From Clostridia bacterium (GTDB taxonomy: Bacteria > Bacillota > Clostridia > Oscillospirales > Acutalibacteraceae), in assembly GCA_017402845.1 (NCBI GenBank), contig JAFPLH010000028.1, positions 38,430 to 102,429 of the forward strand: a stretch of DNA of 64,000 bases, read 5' to 3'. Made by a program: the position numbers and the translations under genes. A model generated the notes under the pieces. That model was not told where the DNA came from and made no database searches. It saw only the letters and a list, made by a program, of their open reading frames with translations. Shown here piece by piece: positions 18,399 through 28,425 of the stretch. Numbering within the stretch: the first letter of the stretch is position 1; the number at the start of each line of letters is the position of its first letter.

Positions 18399-20213
18399 TT
18401 ATTCATTTAGTTTGAATACATAGTAATTATTCTTTATATCATACGGAGTATTTAACTCCAAAAGTTTTTCTTTGGTCTTGTTATTATTAACAAGCGTTTT
18501 ATACAGCTCCATTTGCTGTACGTTTGTAGTATAGTACGACGACTCAGAGTTTATATCACGAATAACATAAACTGCTTTTTCTGCCTGATCTACCGTTTCG
18601 GGTATTCCTATATGTATATTGCCGTAGGTCATTACCTTGCTGTCTATGCTTTCAACTTCACTTTGTATAACGCTCGGCTCAACCCTCAGTCCGTAAAGAG
18701 TGATAAGACCTGCGTTATACGTTGCAGTATAATCTACATATATCTGTGAATCTGCGTATTCTTCATTTCGGAAGGTCTCGCACAGTTCAAGAAGATCGTA
18801 ATCAAAGTATGCAAGCGCTTTGTTCTGTTCGGTGAAGCTTCCGCTGAATAAATAGTACGTATAACCGCAGAAATTTGCAAGATATAATAGCGCTGCGAAA
18901 AAGCAAATCAAATAACTGCGATGTTCCCACAGCTTTGAAAACATATAAGCCAGCAGAAGCGCAAATGCAAAATACACGGCGTTATATCTGTAAATAGCCA
19001 ACTGCTCCAAAAGAGTCATAGGGTACATAACTGCTAACATATAAAACAGCACTATAAGCTCAAAGCTGAACTCTTTTTTCTTTACTATATTGTATACTGT
19101 ACTAAACAGCATAAATACAAAACCTAAAAACAGGAGTATTTGAGAAACACTTATCTTGTAATGAGAGAAATGAAGTACATTCTGATAGAATACTCCGTAT
19201 TTATCGTCTGCCATAAAATCGTATTGATCGCAGCTTGTAAGTGTGTTTATGTTTTTGATTATCTCTTTGATCGAAAGCGACTGCCACCCTATCTCTGATA
19301 AACGACCGGCAGACGCATTTGTAAACGTGATACAGCCTATCTTGAATTCGGGCAGTATTCCTACCACAACCAACAAATACAATAGTATGGGTACTGATAC
19401 AACAATAGCACTAAAGAACATTATGCCTGTTTGCTTAATTGTTATTTCCTTTTTGATGAGAGCGTATATTAAAGCCAACACTAAGAAAACAGGCATCATC
19501 ATAACAGCGAGAATGTATGAGTACATACTGATACCAAACATAATTCCGCTTATGAGTGCATATTTGTTTTTTCCTGTTTTTATTAGTCTGACAAAAAAGT
19601 ATAAAAACATTACAAACATAGGCAGCATTGCATTACAGTCAAATGCCCATCGTTCGGACATTATGAAAAACGGCATTATATCTATCACGGCTGCCGTAAT
19701 AACAGCGCACTTTGCGCCAAACATTTCGTATGCGGTCTTAGTGCCGAATATCAGAAGAAGCAAGCCGAAAAATACAGATACCACACGCAGAGTAAACACA
19801 CTGTATCCGAATATTTTTGAAAGTAAAAACGCTATATATACATACAGGCTTGACTGACCTGAACCTGCATTATTAAAATATACAGGAAAACTCACTCCGT
19901 AACGGTCTGTACCAAACTGAGAAAGCGTCCAGGTATTATATCCCATTGAAATTTCATCAATATGCAGTCCCTTTGGTAAAATCGTTATCTGTACAAGTCT
20001 TGTAAACAAAAAGACTATACCTATTACGGTAAAATAGAGCCAGTAGGCTTTATTCTCCGAAATACTCTTTTTCAGCGCCTCAATGCCTTTTAGTTCTTCT
20101 GCGTTCTGATCTTTCGTTTTGGCTGTTTCTTTTGGTACTGAATTATTTGCGTTTGTAGCTTTTGTGCTATTACCTGTTTTGCTGCTGCGTTTTCCGGTCT
20201 TTGACTTTGCCAT
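18399..20213 (-). CDS. GT-C fold glycosyltransferase (ArnT/PMT, GT39/83-like) membrane protein
   Basis: Lys/Thr-rich N-terminal tail, about 12 TM segments, an early HIDEISMGYN loop typical of ArnT/PMT_2, and a C-terminal soluble domain. The start was set at MAKSKTGKR. The ORF track extension to 20444 reads into the MITE. Confidence 0.75.
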   Translation of the reverse strand: MAKSKTGKRSSKTGNSTKATNANNSVPKETAKTKDQNAEELKGIEALKKSISENKAYWLYFTVIGIVFLFTRLVQITILPKGLHIDEISMGYNTWTLSQFGTDRYGVSFPVYFNNAGSGQSSLYVYIAFLLSKIFGYSVFTLRVVSVFFGLLLLIFGTKTAYEMFGAKCAVITAAVIDIMPFFIMSERWAFDCNAMLPMFVMFLYFFVRLIKTGKNKYALISGIMFGISMYSYILAVMMMPVFLVLALIYALIKKEITIKQTGIMFFSAIVVSVPILLYLLVVVGILPEFKIGCITFTNASAGRLSEIGWQSLSIKEIIKNINTLTSCDQYDFMADDKYGVFYQNVLHFSHYKISVSQILLFLGFVFMLFSTVYNIVKKKEFSFELIVLFYMLAVMYPMTLLEQLAIYRYNAVYFAFALLLAYMFSKLWEHRSYLICFFAALLYLANFCGYTYYLFSGSFTEQNKALAYFDYDLLELCETFRNEEYADSQIYVDYTATYNAGLITLYGLRVEPSVIQSEVESIDSKVMTYGNIHIGIPETVDQAEKAVYVIRDINSESSYYTTNVQQMELYKTLVNNNKTKEKLLELNTPYDIKNNYYVFKLNE

Positions 20214-20381
20214 ATCATTATCACCCCGATAATTATAGTATATCATAATAATAATGGTATTGTCCACAATTAATACTGTTCCGATATAGAATTCAGATGA
20301 TCTTTTACTGAACAACGATTTCAATATACTATCAGAAAACACTACCGCCTGCATACACAACAGGCGGTGAAAAAGTATAAA

Positions 20382-20543
20382 GGACACCTCTAAAAACCTC
20401 ACGCCGCCCATCTGCACCGTATCTTCAGCCGTCATATTGCACAAAAAATCTTGACATACGTCAGTATGCCGGCGATTTTAAAGTGCCGTCTGCCAACTAA
20501 ATCTACGGCACATCTGAACGACGGCAGGTTTTTAGAGATGCCC
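20382..20543 (-). mobile_element. 162-bp hairpin MITE, family 1, copy B (TSD TAAA/TAAA at 20378-20381 and 20544-20547)
   Basis: Full-length copy. The 4-bp flanking duplication is perfect. It lies between the Clp-like gene stop and the GT-C gene start. Confidence 0.9.
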
Positions 20544-20553
20544 TAAATCGTAA

Positions 20554-22923
20554 TTAGTCGGTTTCGAGCATTATTTTACCGTCTTTTTCTGTGACATTGA
20601 TTTTTGTGAAAGCTCCCTCGCCGTGATATACGATCTCGTTTGTAACAGCGTCTTCAACCTCTTTGCGAATAAAGTTTCTCAGATCTCTTGCTCCGCTTTT
20701 TCCGCCGCATGAATGATCTGCAAGATAGTTTACTGCGTTATCATCGTAAGTAAATGTAATGCCCTTTTCCTTTAACGAACCCACATATTCGTTTAACATA
20801 AGGCGCGCAATATCCTTATAGTTATTCTCGCTGAGTACATTAAAATGAATTATCTCGTCTACACGGGCAATAAACTCAGGACGCAGGAAATTTGAAAGAG
20901 CTTTCATGGTCTTTTCTTCGCTTAACTGAGAAGCAGATTTATTAAAGCCAACAATGCCCTCTTTTGCGTCGCTTCCTGCATTGCTTGTCATTACGATAAC
21001 AGTGTTCTCGAAATTAACAACTCTGCCGTGAGCGTCTGTGAGTCTGCCCTCGTCTAAGATCTGGAGCAGAATATTCAAAACATCAGGGTGAGCTTTTTCA
21101 ATCTCATCAAAGAGAAGTACGGAGTACGGACGCCGGCGAACCTTTTCTGTAACCTGTCCTGCCTCGTCGTAGCCTACATATCCCGGAGGTGAACCTATGA
21201 TCTTGGAAACAGAGTGCTTTTCCATAAACTCTGACATATCAAGTCTTATAAGCGTTTCCGGAGAGTCAAACAGCTCCTGCGACATAACCTTTACAAGCTC
21301 TGTTTTTCCTACTCCCGTAGGTCCTACAAATATAAATGACGCCGGGTGACGACGAGGACTTATCTGTACTCGTGAACGTCTGATTGCACTTGCAAGAGCT
21401 TCGACTGCCTTATCCTGTCCGATAATTTTAGTCTTTAGCTTCTGGTCAAGATCGGCTAGTCTTTTAAGCTCGTTTTCCTGTATCTTTGAAGCCGGAATAC
21501 CTGTCCACAATTCAACTACCTTTGCAACGTCCTCCTCGGTAACAGTCACCTTCATTTTTTCGGGATCGTATGCCGAAAGCTTTTTCTCCAAACGCTTAAT
21601 ATCTGTTCTGATTATCGACAGTCTTTCATAATCTATGCTGTCTGCGTTTGCTATTTCTGACTCCTCTGCAAGCAGAACTTCATAATCATTTTTTAGTGAA
21701 TAATACTTATCAGCATCTTTATTTCTCAAAGAAGCATTTACGCAAGCCTCGTCAAGCAGATCAATAGCCTTATCGGGCAAAAATCTGTCTGTAATATATC
21801 TTTCTGATACAATAACCGCACGTCTTACTATCTTGTCTGTTACTTCTACCTTGTGGTATTCTTCGTAGTAGCACTTTACGCCTTCAAGCATTTCGATAGT
21901 ATCAGAAATTGACGGCTCAACTACCGTTACAGGCTGAAAACGTCTTTCGAGAGCTGCGTCTTTTTCAATGAATTTTCTGTACTCATTGTATGTAGTAGCT
22001 CCGATAACCTGAATCTCCCCTCGTGAAAGAGCAGGCTTCATAATGTTTGCTGCATTCATTGTTCCTTCGGAGTCGCCGCCTGCGCCTACAAGATTGTGTA
22101 TCTCGTCAATAAACAAAATAACGTTGCCGTGCTCCTTCACCTCAGCCATAAGACCTTTTATACGCTGTTCAAACTGTCCTCTGAACTGTGTTCCTGCGAT
22201 CAAAGATGTGAGATCCAAAAGGAAGATCTCTTTATCTTTAAGCTTTCTCGGCACCTCGCCGGCTACGATCCTCTGTGCCAATCCCTCTGCGATCGCAGTT
22301 TTTCCGACACCCGGCTCACCGATAAGACACGGATTATTCTTCGTTCTGCGGCAAAGAATCTGTATCACTCTTGTGATCTCCTTTTCTCTGCCTATTATTC
22401 TGTCAAGCTTGCCGTCTTTGACCTTCTGATTAAGGTTATCACAGTAAGCGTTTAAGTGTTTCATCTTTTTTGCAGGCATTTTTTTCTTTTTTGAGGACTC
22501 ACCTGCCTGAGATGACTTATTGCCCTTAGAAGTATCACTTTTTTCTGACTCGTCAGAACGATCTCGGCTGAAAAAAGTTTTCATAAAGGGCAGCGTAGGT
22601 GCTCCGTGAGCAAAATCGTCATCATCTTCGTTTTCATCATCGCTGTCATCATCAGCAGTCATCTTAAAAAGATCGGAATCTGCAAAATCGTTCATCATTT
22701 TGCTTAAATTCATTTCGCCGTCTTCTCCGAACAGATCGTTAATAGATTCTGACAGCTCATCGATCTGATTATCAGTAATACCCATTTTGTTAAGAATATT
22801 ATCAAGAGGTTTTATACCCGCTTCACGGGCGCACTTGATGCAGTAACCGTTTGTATTGTCACCCGGCTTATCGGTTGACACAAATATTACCGCCGGTCTT
22901 TTTTTACATTTTACACAAAGCAT
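20554..22923 (-). CDS. two-AAA+ Clp/Hsp100 unfoldase (ClpC/ClpA class) with an N-terminal C4 zinc ribbon
   Basis: Walker A motifs GEPGVGKTAIAEG and GPTGVGKTELVK, a short M-domain, and a VGF loop (EGIVGFNK) for ClpP docking. The N-terminus CVKC-x21-CIKC plus an acidic linker replaces the usual Clp_N repeats. Confidence 0.9.
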   Translation of the reverse strand: MLCVKCKKRPAVIFVSTDKPGDNTNGYCIKCAREAGIKPLDNILNKMGITDNQIDELSESINDLFGEDGEMNLSKMMNDFADSDLFKMTADDDSDDENEDDDDFAHGAPTLPFMKTFFSRDRSDESEKSDTSKGNKSSQAGESSKKKKMPAKKMKHLNAYCDNLNQKVKDGKLDRIIGREKEITRVIQILCRRTKNNPCLIGEPGVGKTAIAEGLAQRIVAGEVPRKLKDKEIFLLDLTSLIAGTQFRGQFEQRIKGLMAEVKEHGNVILFIDEIHNLVGAGGDSEGTMNAANIMKPALSRGEIQVIGATTYNEYRKFIEKDAALERRFQPVTVVEPSISDTIEMLEGVKCYYEEYHKVEVTDKIVRRAVIVSERYITDRFLPDKAIDLLDEACVNASLRNKDADKYYSLKNDYEVLLAEESEIANADSIDYERLSIIRTDIKRLEKKLSAYDPEKMKVTVTEEDVAKVVELWTGIPASKIQENELKRLADLDQKLKTKIIGQDKAVEALASAIRRSRVQISPRRHPASFIFVGPTGVGKTELVKVMSQELFDSPETLIRLDMSEFMEKHSVSKIIGSPPGYVGYDEAGQVTEKVRRRPYSVLLFDEIEKAHPDVLNILLQILDEGRLTDAHGRVVNFENTVIVMTSNAGSDAKEGIVGFNKSASQLSEEKTMKALSNFLRPEFIARVDEIIHFNVLSENNYKDIARLMLNEYVGSLKEKGITFTYDDNAVNYLADHSCGGKSGARDLRNFIRKEVEDAVTNEIVYHGEGAFTKINVTEKDGKIMLETD

Positions 22924-23039
22924 AACTTAACCTTCCTTTACACAGCTTTCGTCATATAGAATTATTATAAATTAAAAAGAGCTTTTAATATTACACTTTT
23001 ATAATCATTTTGTTAATTATTTGTAAAAGCATAAACGAA

Positions 23040-23753
23040 TCAATTAATATTCGGTGATTTTGTTGCACCCTTAACAAAGTCACGCATTAAGGGGCTGTCG
23101 TATATTCCCTCGAATACAAACGACTCGGAAATAGTTTCATCAGAAATGATCTCAGGTACATGATCCAGATGCGGAATTGAAATTCTGACAATAAAAGCCA
23201 CCAGTATTACAACTGCAAAGCCTTCAAGCAGTCCCACCAATGCTCCGCAAAAGCTGTCAATAATGCTTAAACCGGACTCTCCTAATGACGCTCCAAAAAT
23301 ATTTATCAGTATCTTAATTATTACCATAAGAATAACGAACAAGAATACAGACACAAATATCGACATAAAAGAAATTATAATAGGTCTGAGTAATTTTTCT
23401 GCAACCTCTGGTCCCTGCGACAAAGCATTTGAGAGTCCGCCGGAGGAAACCTTAAAGCTTTTCATTGAATTTTCGATAAACTCAGGCAGAGATTTTAATA
23501 TCTGACTTGTTGGATCGCCGGAGGAAAGCTGTTTATTGATCTTCATGTTTTCTTCCATTTTCTGAATGAGCGAGCCCTTTATTCCGCCGTTGTAGATCGC
23601 TTCTGCGATAGGACTTGCAAGAACCATTGATATTGCAGATGCAACAACCGTACCTATTACAGAGAAAAAGGTTTTTAATACTCCTTTATTAAAGCCTAAA
23701 ATGGCAAATACTGCCACAACTGCTATACACAACAAATCAAGCATAATACTCAT
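23040..23753 (-). CDS. CvpA family membrane protein
   Basis: 237-aa ORF. The N-terminal LDLLCIAVVAVFAILGFNKGVLKTFFS segment is typical of CvpA. It has several TM segments. Confidence 0.75.
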   Translation of the reverse strand: MSIMLDLLCIAVVAVFAILGFNKGVLKTFFSVIGTVVASAISMVLASPIAEAIYNGGIKGSLIQKMEENMKINKQLSSGDPTSQILKSLPEFIENSMKSFKVSSGGLSNALSQGPEVAEKLLRPIIISFMSIFVSVFLFVILMVIIKILINIFGASLGESGLSIIDSFCGALVGLLEGFAVVILVAFIVRISIPHLDHVPEIISDETISESFVFEGIYDSPLMRDFVKGATKSPNIN

Positions 23754-23794
23754 AATTCCATTATCCTTTCTATATTATAATTAAAATCAAAAAA

Positions 23795-25000
23795 TCAGCT
23801 ATCAAGAATATGCTTTCTTATCTCGGATACTCCCAATATATAAGCTGTTTTTTCCTGCGGAAGAAGTGCGCTTTTTGCGTCTGAGCCGATCTGCCAGCTA
23901 TTAAAGCAATCTCCGTAATAATTGTATAAATACAGCTTATCGCCTGACAGAACTGCTATTTTATCCTTTCGGCATGCTAAAGAGAATATTTTTAGTCCGG
24001 TAGAGAATACACCCACCTCATTTCCGGCGGTGTTTATTGTTACTACTGAACATTCTCTGCCGTCGTCGAAATCTGCAAGCGATAATACAATTGCGTTTCC
24101 GTATGAGATAGTATATGCGGTAAGCACCTTTGATCCGTAAAGATAAGGATGTTCACGTCCGTTTGAGCAATCCGCAACAGACACCATTTTGTCTGTAACG
24201 ACCGCAAAGCGATCCTTCTCTATAAAATCGACCTCGTATATTATCTGGTCTGTATAATCAAAAGTATATACTGCGTCTTCTTTTGTAAAGTCTATCAGAT
24301 AGACCTTTGAAACCATTCTGCCGTCTATTGCGTTCACACCGCCGACTGCCGCCATTGTTCCTTCCTCGTTGAGTGATACCGACATTGCATAAAAAGCGTT
24401 AAACGAATAGGAATACACAAAATTATTATCCTTGTCATACACATACAACGCCGACAAATAACCTGTTTTGTCCGAAAGAATACAGTACATTCCGTTAGAG
24501 GTAATATCACAGTCGGTAATAGTTTTACCCTGTACTCCGCTGTAAATCTCTCCGTTTATACCGAATATCTTAAAGCTTCCCGCACCTACGCTGTAAGCTA
24601 TACTGTAACCTGCGCTGCCCTTGATATAAGGATTTGTATAGCTGTGCTGCGACGAAAAGATCTGTTCTCCGTTATAATTGAGCTTTACTATCGAAGTATC
24701 ACTGATATATACAATTCCGCCGTCGGTATTTATCATATTTTTTTCAAGAATAGCCGTACCTGATATATCCTGAGAAAAATCCTCCTTTGCCATGCCTGCA
24801 AAGCGAACTGTTTCTTCTATTCCCTCAGGTGACAGCTTATCCCATTTTGTAACCACTACAACGATCAATATGCATACCACAAATAATACAAGACCTAATA
24901 ACAGCTTGGCACCATAGCTTTTTAAGTCAATGCTTTCTTCTTCATCTTCGTTTTCAAACTCGTCAATATCATCAAGATCATCTGAATAAGCCATTGCCAA
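23795..25000 (-). CDS. membrane-anchored repeat (beta-propeller-like) protein, DUF5711-like
   Basis: 401-aa ORF with an acidic N-terminus, a single TM segment, and a repetitive beta-rich ectodomain. The family name is from memory only. Confidence 0.55.
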   Translation of the reverse strand: MAMAYSDDLDDIDEFENEDEEESIDLKSYGAKLLLGLVLFVVCILIVVVVTKWDKLSPEGIEETVRFAGMAKEDFSQDISGTAILEKNMINTDGGIVYISDTSIVKLNYNGEQIFSSQHSYTNPYIKGSAGYSIAYSVGAGSFKIFGINGEIYSGVQGKTITDCDITSNGMYCILSDKTGYLSALYVYDKDNNFVYSYSFNAFYAMSVSLNEEGTMAAVGGVNAIDGRMVSKVYLIDFTKEDAVYTFDYTDQIIYEVDFIEKDRFAVVTDKMVSVADCSNGREHPYLYGSKVLTAYTISYGNAIVLSLADFDDGRECSVVTINTAGNEVGVFSTGLKIFSLACRKDKIAVLSGDKLYLYNYYGDCFNSWQIGSDAKSALLPQEKTAYILGVSEIRKHILDS

Positions 25001-25087
25001 CCTCCTTGTCTTTTTTTGAAGTGCTAAAAAACCTCTGCCGTTCAGATAAAGTGCATATCAGCGCCTTTAATTAGTGGATATCACAAC

Positions 25088-25858
25088 TCAATATACTACC
25101 TTATTGAGGTAAAGTCCGCATGCAGGCGCTGTGGAACCTGCAAACCTTCTGTTCTTCTTTTCTATTATATATGGTATTTCATCAGGGTTTATCTTATCTT
25201 GTGCCACTCTGAGAAGTGTGCCTGTCATTATGCGAACCATATTATACAAAAATCCGTTTGCTTCAACAGTATATATTACAAAATTACCGTCACGGTGTAC
25301 ACCTGCTTCGTAAACAGTACGCTGCATATCGCCCTCACGCCTTTTATCGGGTGTACAGAATGAAGTAAAATCGTGTGTACCCTTATAGTACGAACAGGCT
25401 TTATTAAGCTTTTCTATATCCAGATTATTATAACGGTAATGAAGTGCGTATCCATCATAAAACGGATTTCTTACCTCGCTGTTCCAGATTTTATATATAT
25501 ATTGCTTTCTCAGGCAGTCGTATCGGGGGTGAAAATCCTTTTCGGCTTCTTCACAGCCTATTACGGCAATTGAATTGGGCAAATGTCTGTTCAACGCCGC
25601 CTTTAACCTTTCGGGTGGGATCTTGTGAGTTGTTCGCAATCCTATACAGTACATATTCGCATGTACGCCCGTATCTGTACGGCTGCAGCCCTTTACGTCG
25701 TAATCATCACCGATAATATTGGCAAGCGCATTTTGAAAGACCTCTTGAACTGTCAATGCATTTTGCTGGATCTGCCAGCCGTGATAATGACTGCCGTCAT
25801 ACATTATTGTTATCTTTACATTCCTATACGAATCGTCTTGGGAAAATAAATGTTGCAT
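25088..25858 (-). CDS. truA: tRNA pseudouridine(38-40) synthase
   Basis: Contains YDGSHYHGWQIQ, GCSRTDTGVHA and LYNMVR motifs. The start was placed at MQHLF; the exact start is uncertain and overlaps the ecfT 3' end. Confidence 0.9.
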   Translation of the reverse strand: MQHLFSQDDSYRNVKITIMYDGSHYHGWQIQQNALTVQEVFQNALANIIGDDYDVKGCSRTDTGVHANMYCIGLRTTHKIPPERLKAALNRHLPNSIAVIGCEEAEKDFHPRYDCLRKQYIYKIWNSEVRNPFYDGYALHYRYNNLDIEKLNKACSYYKGTHDFTSFCTPDKRREGDMQRTVYEAGVHRDGNFVIYTVEANGFLYNMVRIMTGTLLRVAQDKINPDEIPYIIEKKNRRFAGSTAPACGLYLNKVVY

Positions 25859-26640
25859 ACTATAACTCCTATAAATACCGCACAAGAAACAAGAACAGCG
25901 GCAAGATCGTATTTTGAATACTTTAATACCTTCATACGCGTTCTGCCGTCACCGCCGTGATAACAGCGGCTCTCCATTGCCATTGCAAGCTCGTATGCCC
26001 GTCTGAATGCCGAAACAAACAACGGAATAAGTATCGGGATAAGCGCCTTTATTCTGTTTATAAAATTACCGCTTTCAAAATCTGCTCCTCTTGCCTTTTG
26101 TGCGCTCATTATTTTGTCGGTTTCTTCAAGCAGCGTGGGAATAAATCTCAATGCAATAGTCATCATCATTGCAATTTCATGCACCTTTATATGAAACACT
26201 CCAAGCGGTTTTAAAAGCCTTTCTATTCCGTCTGTGAGATTTGTAGGCGTTGTCGTATAAGTGAGCGATGAGCTTATCAGCACCATTGCTATTATACGAA
26301 CCGAAACAAATATTGCCGTATTTATGCCTTCCTGCGTTACAGAAAGCCGCCAGAATGACCATATCGGCTCGCCTGTTCCATAAAACAAATTCAGAATGCT
26401 GGTAAAGAATACAATATAAATAATAGCCTTAACACTTTTGAGATATAGTCTTACAGACACACCCGAAAACATTATTACAGCTAATACGGCAAAAAATATC
26501 AAACCAAGTGAATAGAAATTTTTTGTGCAGAATATAAACACAATAAAAGCCGTAAGCATTATTATTTTCATGCGGGGATCCATTTTGTGCAGAACAGAGC
26601 TGCCGGGGAAATACTGTCCCAGAGTGATTTCTTTAAGCAT
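25816..26640 (-). CDS. ecfT: energy-coupling factor transporter transmembrane subunit
   Basis: 274-aa polytopic protein with AQKARG...R motifs. It follows two EcfA ATPases in the canonical ecfA-ecfA'-ecfT-truA order. Confidence 0.9.
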   Translation of the reverse strand: MLKEITLGQYFPGSSVLHKMDPRMKIIMLTAFIVFIFCTKNFYSLGLIFFAVLAVIMFSGVSVRLYLKSVKAIIYIVFFTSILNLFYGTGEPIWSFWRLSVTQEGINTAIFVSVRIIAMVLISSSLTYTTTPTNLTDGIERLLKPLGVFHIKVHEIAMMMTIALRFIPTLLEETDKIMSAQKARGADFESGNFINRIKALIPILIPLFVSAFRRAYELAMAMESRCYHGGDGRTRMKVLKYSKYDLAAVLVSCAVFIGVIVCNIYFPKTIRIGM

Positions 26641-27520
26641 TGTATCCCCCCTTCTGTAAAATTCCCGTTTTCTTTGGTTTTAGCTTCATTATTTCTTCGG
26701 CGGCTTTTTCGACAGAGTAGATATCTGCTGAAACAGAATATCCTCTGCGTTTTAATTCAAGCAGTATCTTTGTTACCTGCGGTATTTGCAGACCGATTTT
26801 TTCAAGCTCATCGCCCTTTTCAAAAACGCTGTGTGTACTGTCAAAAGCAAATACCTTGCCTTTGTTCATAACAAGTATCTTGTCTGCAATTCGTGAGATA
26901 TCCTCCATACTATGCGATACAAGCAGAACAGTATTCTCCTTCTGCCTGTGATAAGCTTCTATCTGCGCCAGCAAAACATCTCGCCCGTTAGGATCAAGAC
27001 CTGCGCAAGGCTCGTCTAAAATTAGTATATCGGGCTCCATTGCTATTACGCCTGCAATTGCAACTCTGCGTTTTTCTCCGCCCGAAAGCTCAAACGGCGA
27101 CTTTTTCAGCAGCTCCGGCTTTAAGCCTACAAACTTTGCAGCGCTCTTTACCCTCTTTGATATCTCATCTGCCGACAAGCCCATATTTTTTGGTCCGTAG
27201 GCTATATCTTTCTCTGCGGTTTCTTCAAAAAGCTGGTATTCAGGATACTGAAATACCATTCCCACTCTGAAACGAACCTTTCTTATCTTTTTGGGATCGC
27301 TCCAGATATTGTTCCCGTCAAGAAGAATTTCGCCCTCATCAGGTTTTATAAGTCCGTTCAAGGTTTGTATAAGGGTAGATTTTCCCGAACCAGTATGACC
27401 GATTATACCTATAAAATCGCCTTTTTCGATATTAAGCGACACCTGATCTACGGCTTTTTTTTCAAACGCCGTACCCGCACCGTATGTAAACGATACATTT
27501 TTTACTTCAAGCAAAGACAT
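26633..27520 (-). CDS. ecfA2: ECF transporter ATPase subunit A2
   Basis: ABC ATPase with GHTGSGKST, LSGGEKRRVAIAG and ILILDEP motifs. Operon context supports the call. Confidence 0.9.
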   Translation of the reverse strand: MSLLEVKNVSFTYGAGTAFEKKAVDQVSLNIEKGDFIGIIGHTGSGKSTLIQTLNGLIKPDEGEILLDGNNIWSDPKKIRKVRFRVGMVFQYPEYQLFEETAEKDIAYGPKNMGLSADEISKRVKSAAKFVGLKPELLKKSPFELSGGEKRRVAIAGVIAMEPDILILDEPCAGLDPNGRDVLLAQIEAYHRQKENTVLLVSHSMEDISRIADKILVMNKGKVFAFDSTHSVFEKGDELEKIGLQIPQVTKILLELKRRGYSVSADIYSVEKAAEEIMKLKPKKTGILQKGGYNA

Positions 27521-27525
27521 TTATT

Positions 27526-28386
27526 TTACAATTCCTTTTTTTCTAATCCTTTTACAATAGCGTTGACACATTCATCTACATTCAGCGGCAAAGTATCGTC
27601 TAAATCCAATCCTCTTGCCTTTAATTTATATGCAAGCTCTGCTGACTGCGGAACGTCAAGAGAATGTTTTCTTAAAAGCTCTACCTTTGAAAAAACCTCT
27701 TTCGGTGTACCCTCAGTGAGTATTTTTCCGCTGTCAAGAACGATAAGCCTGTCTGCAAGCGCCGCCTCGTCCATATAGTGTGTAATAAGAATAACGGTGA
27801 TATTACGCTCTTTATTAAGCTTGACTATTGTATCCATTACTTCTTGTCTGCCTCGCGGATCAAGCATAGCGGTAGGCTCGTCAAGCACTATACAGTCGGG
27901 CTGCATTGCAATTATACCTGCAATTGCGATTCTCTGCTTCTGACCGCCTGAAAGCTTATGCGGAGCATGAGTTCTGTATTCGTACATATCAACAGCTTTT
28001 AGGGCATTGTCAACTCTCTGACGTATCTCCTTCGGATCAAGACCTAAATTCTCAGGACCAAATGCCACGTCTTCTTCTACTATACTTGCCACGAGCTGAT
28101 TATCAGGGTTCTGAAGCACCAGTCCGACTCGCCTGCGGATATCGAGCAGTTTATCGTCGTCTTTTGTATTCATACCGCACACGATAACATCTCCGCTTTC
28201 GGGAAGCAAAATACCGTTGAACATTTTTGCAAGCGTGGATTTTCCCGAACCGTTATGCCCCAGAAGTGCGACAAACTCACCCTTGTTTACACTCAGAGAA
28301 AGCTCTTTCAAAACAGGCTTTGCAGCTTCGCTGTCGCTGTCTGCGTCATATCTGAAAACTACATTTTCTACGCTAATAAACTTCAT
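27526..28386 (-). CDS. ecfA1: ECF transporter ATPase subunit A1
   Basis: ABC ATPase with [22 protein letters not shown] and CIVLDEP motifs. Confidence 0.9.
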   Translation of the reverse strand: MKFISVENVVFRYDADSDSEAAKPVLKELSLSVNKGEFVALLGHNGSGKSTLAKMFNGILLPESGDVIVCGMNTKDDDKLLDIRRRVGLVLQNPDNQLVASIVEEDVAFGPENLGLDPKEIRQRVDNALKAVDMYEYRTHAPHKLSGGQKQRIAIAGIIAMQPDCIVLDEPTAMLDPRGRQEVMDTIVKLNKERNITVILITHYMDEAALADRLIVLDSGKILTEGTPKEVFSKVELLRKHSLDVPQSAELAYKLKARGLDLDDTLPLNVDECVNAIVKGLEKKEL

Positions 28387-28425
28387 TTCATCAACTTCTT
28401 TAAAACTTTACAAACTATTATTACC

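Noticed and set aside
20214-20444. Long N-terminal extension of ORF 18399..20444 (MCNMTAEDTVQMGGVRFLEVSF...)
   Set aside because: The extension is a translation of MITE copy B and AT-rich spacer. A plausible start (MAKSKTGKR) lies at 20213, and the same peptide-like string appears wherever the MITE occurs.
20451-20480. TTGACA hexamer in the MITE apex as an outward-facing promoter
   Set aside because: At 17-nt spacing there is no acceptable -10 box (GATTTT). It remains a possibility only if an extended or alternative-sigma -10 is used, so I did not call it.
25022-25055. Degenerate similarity to the family-1 MITE left arm (GCTAAAAAACCTCTGCCGTTCAGATAAAGTGC)
   Set aside because: The match is short, gapped and judged by eye only, so it could be chance. 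I mention it as a possible relic but did not annotate it.
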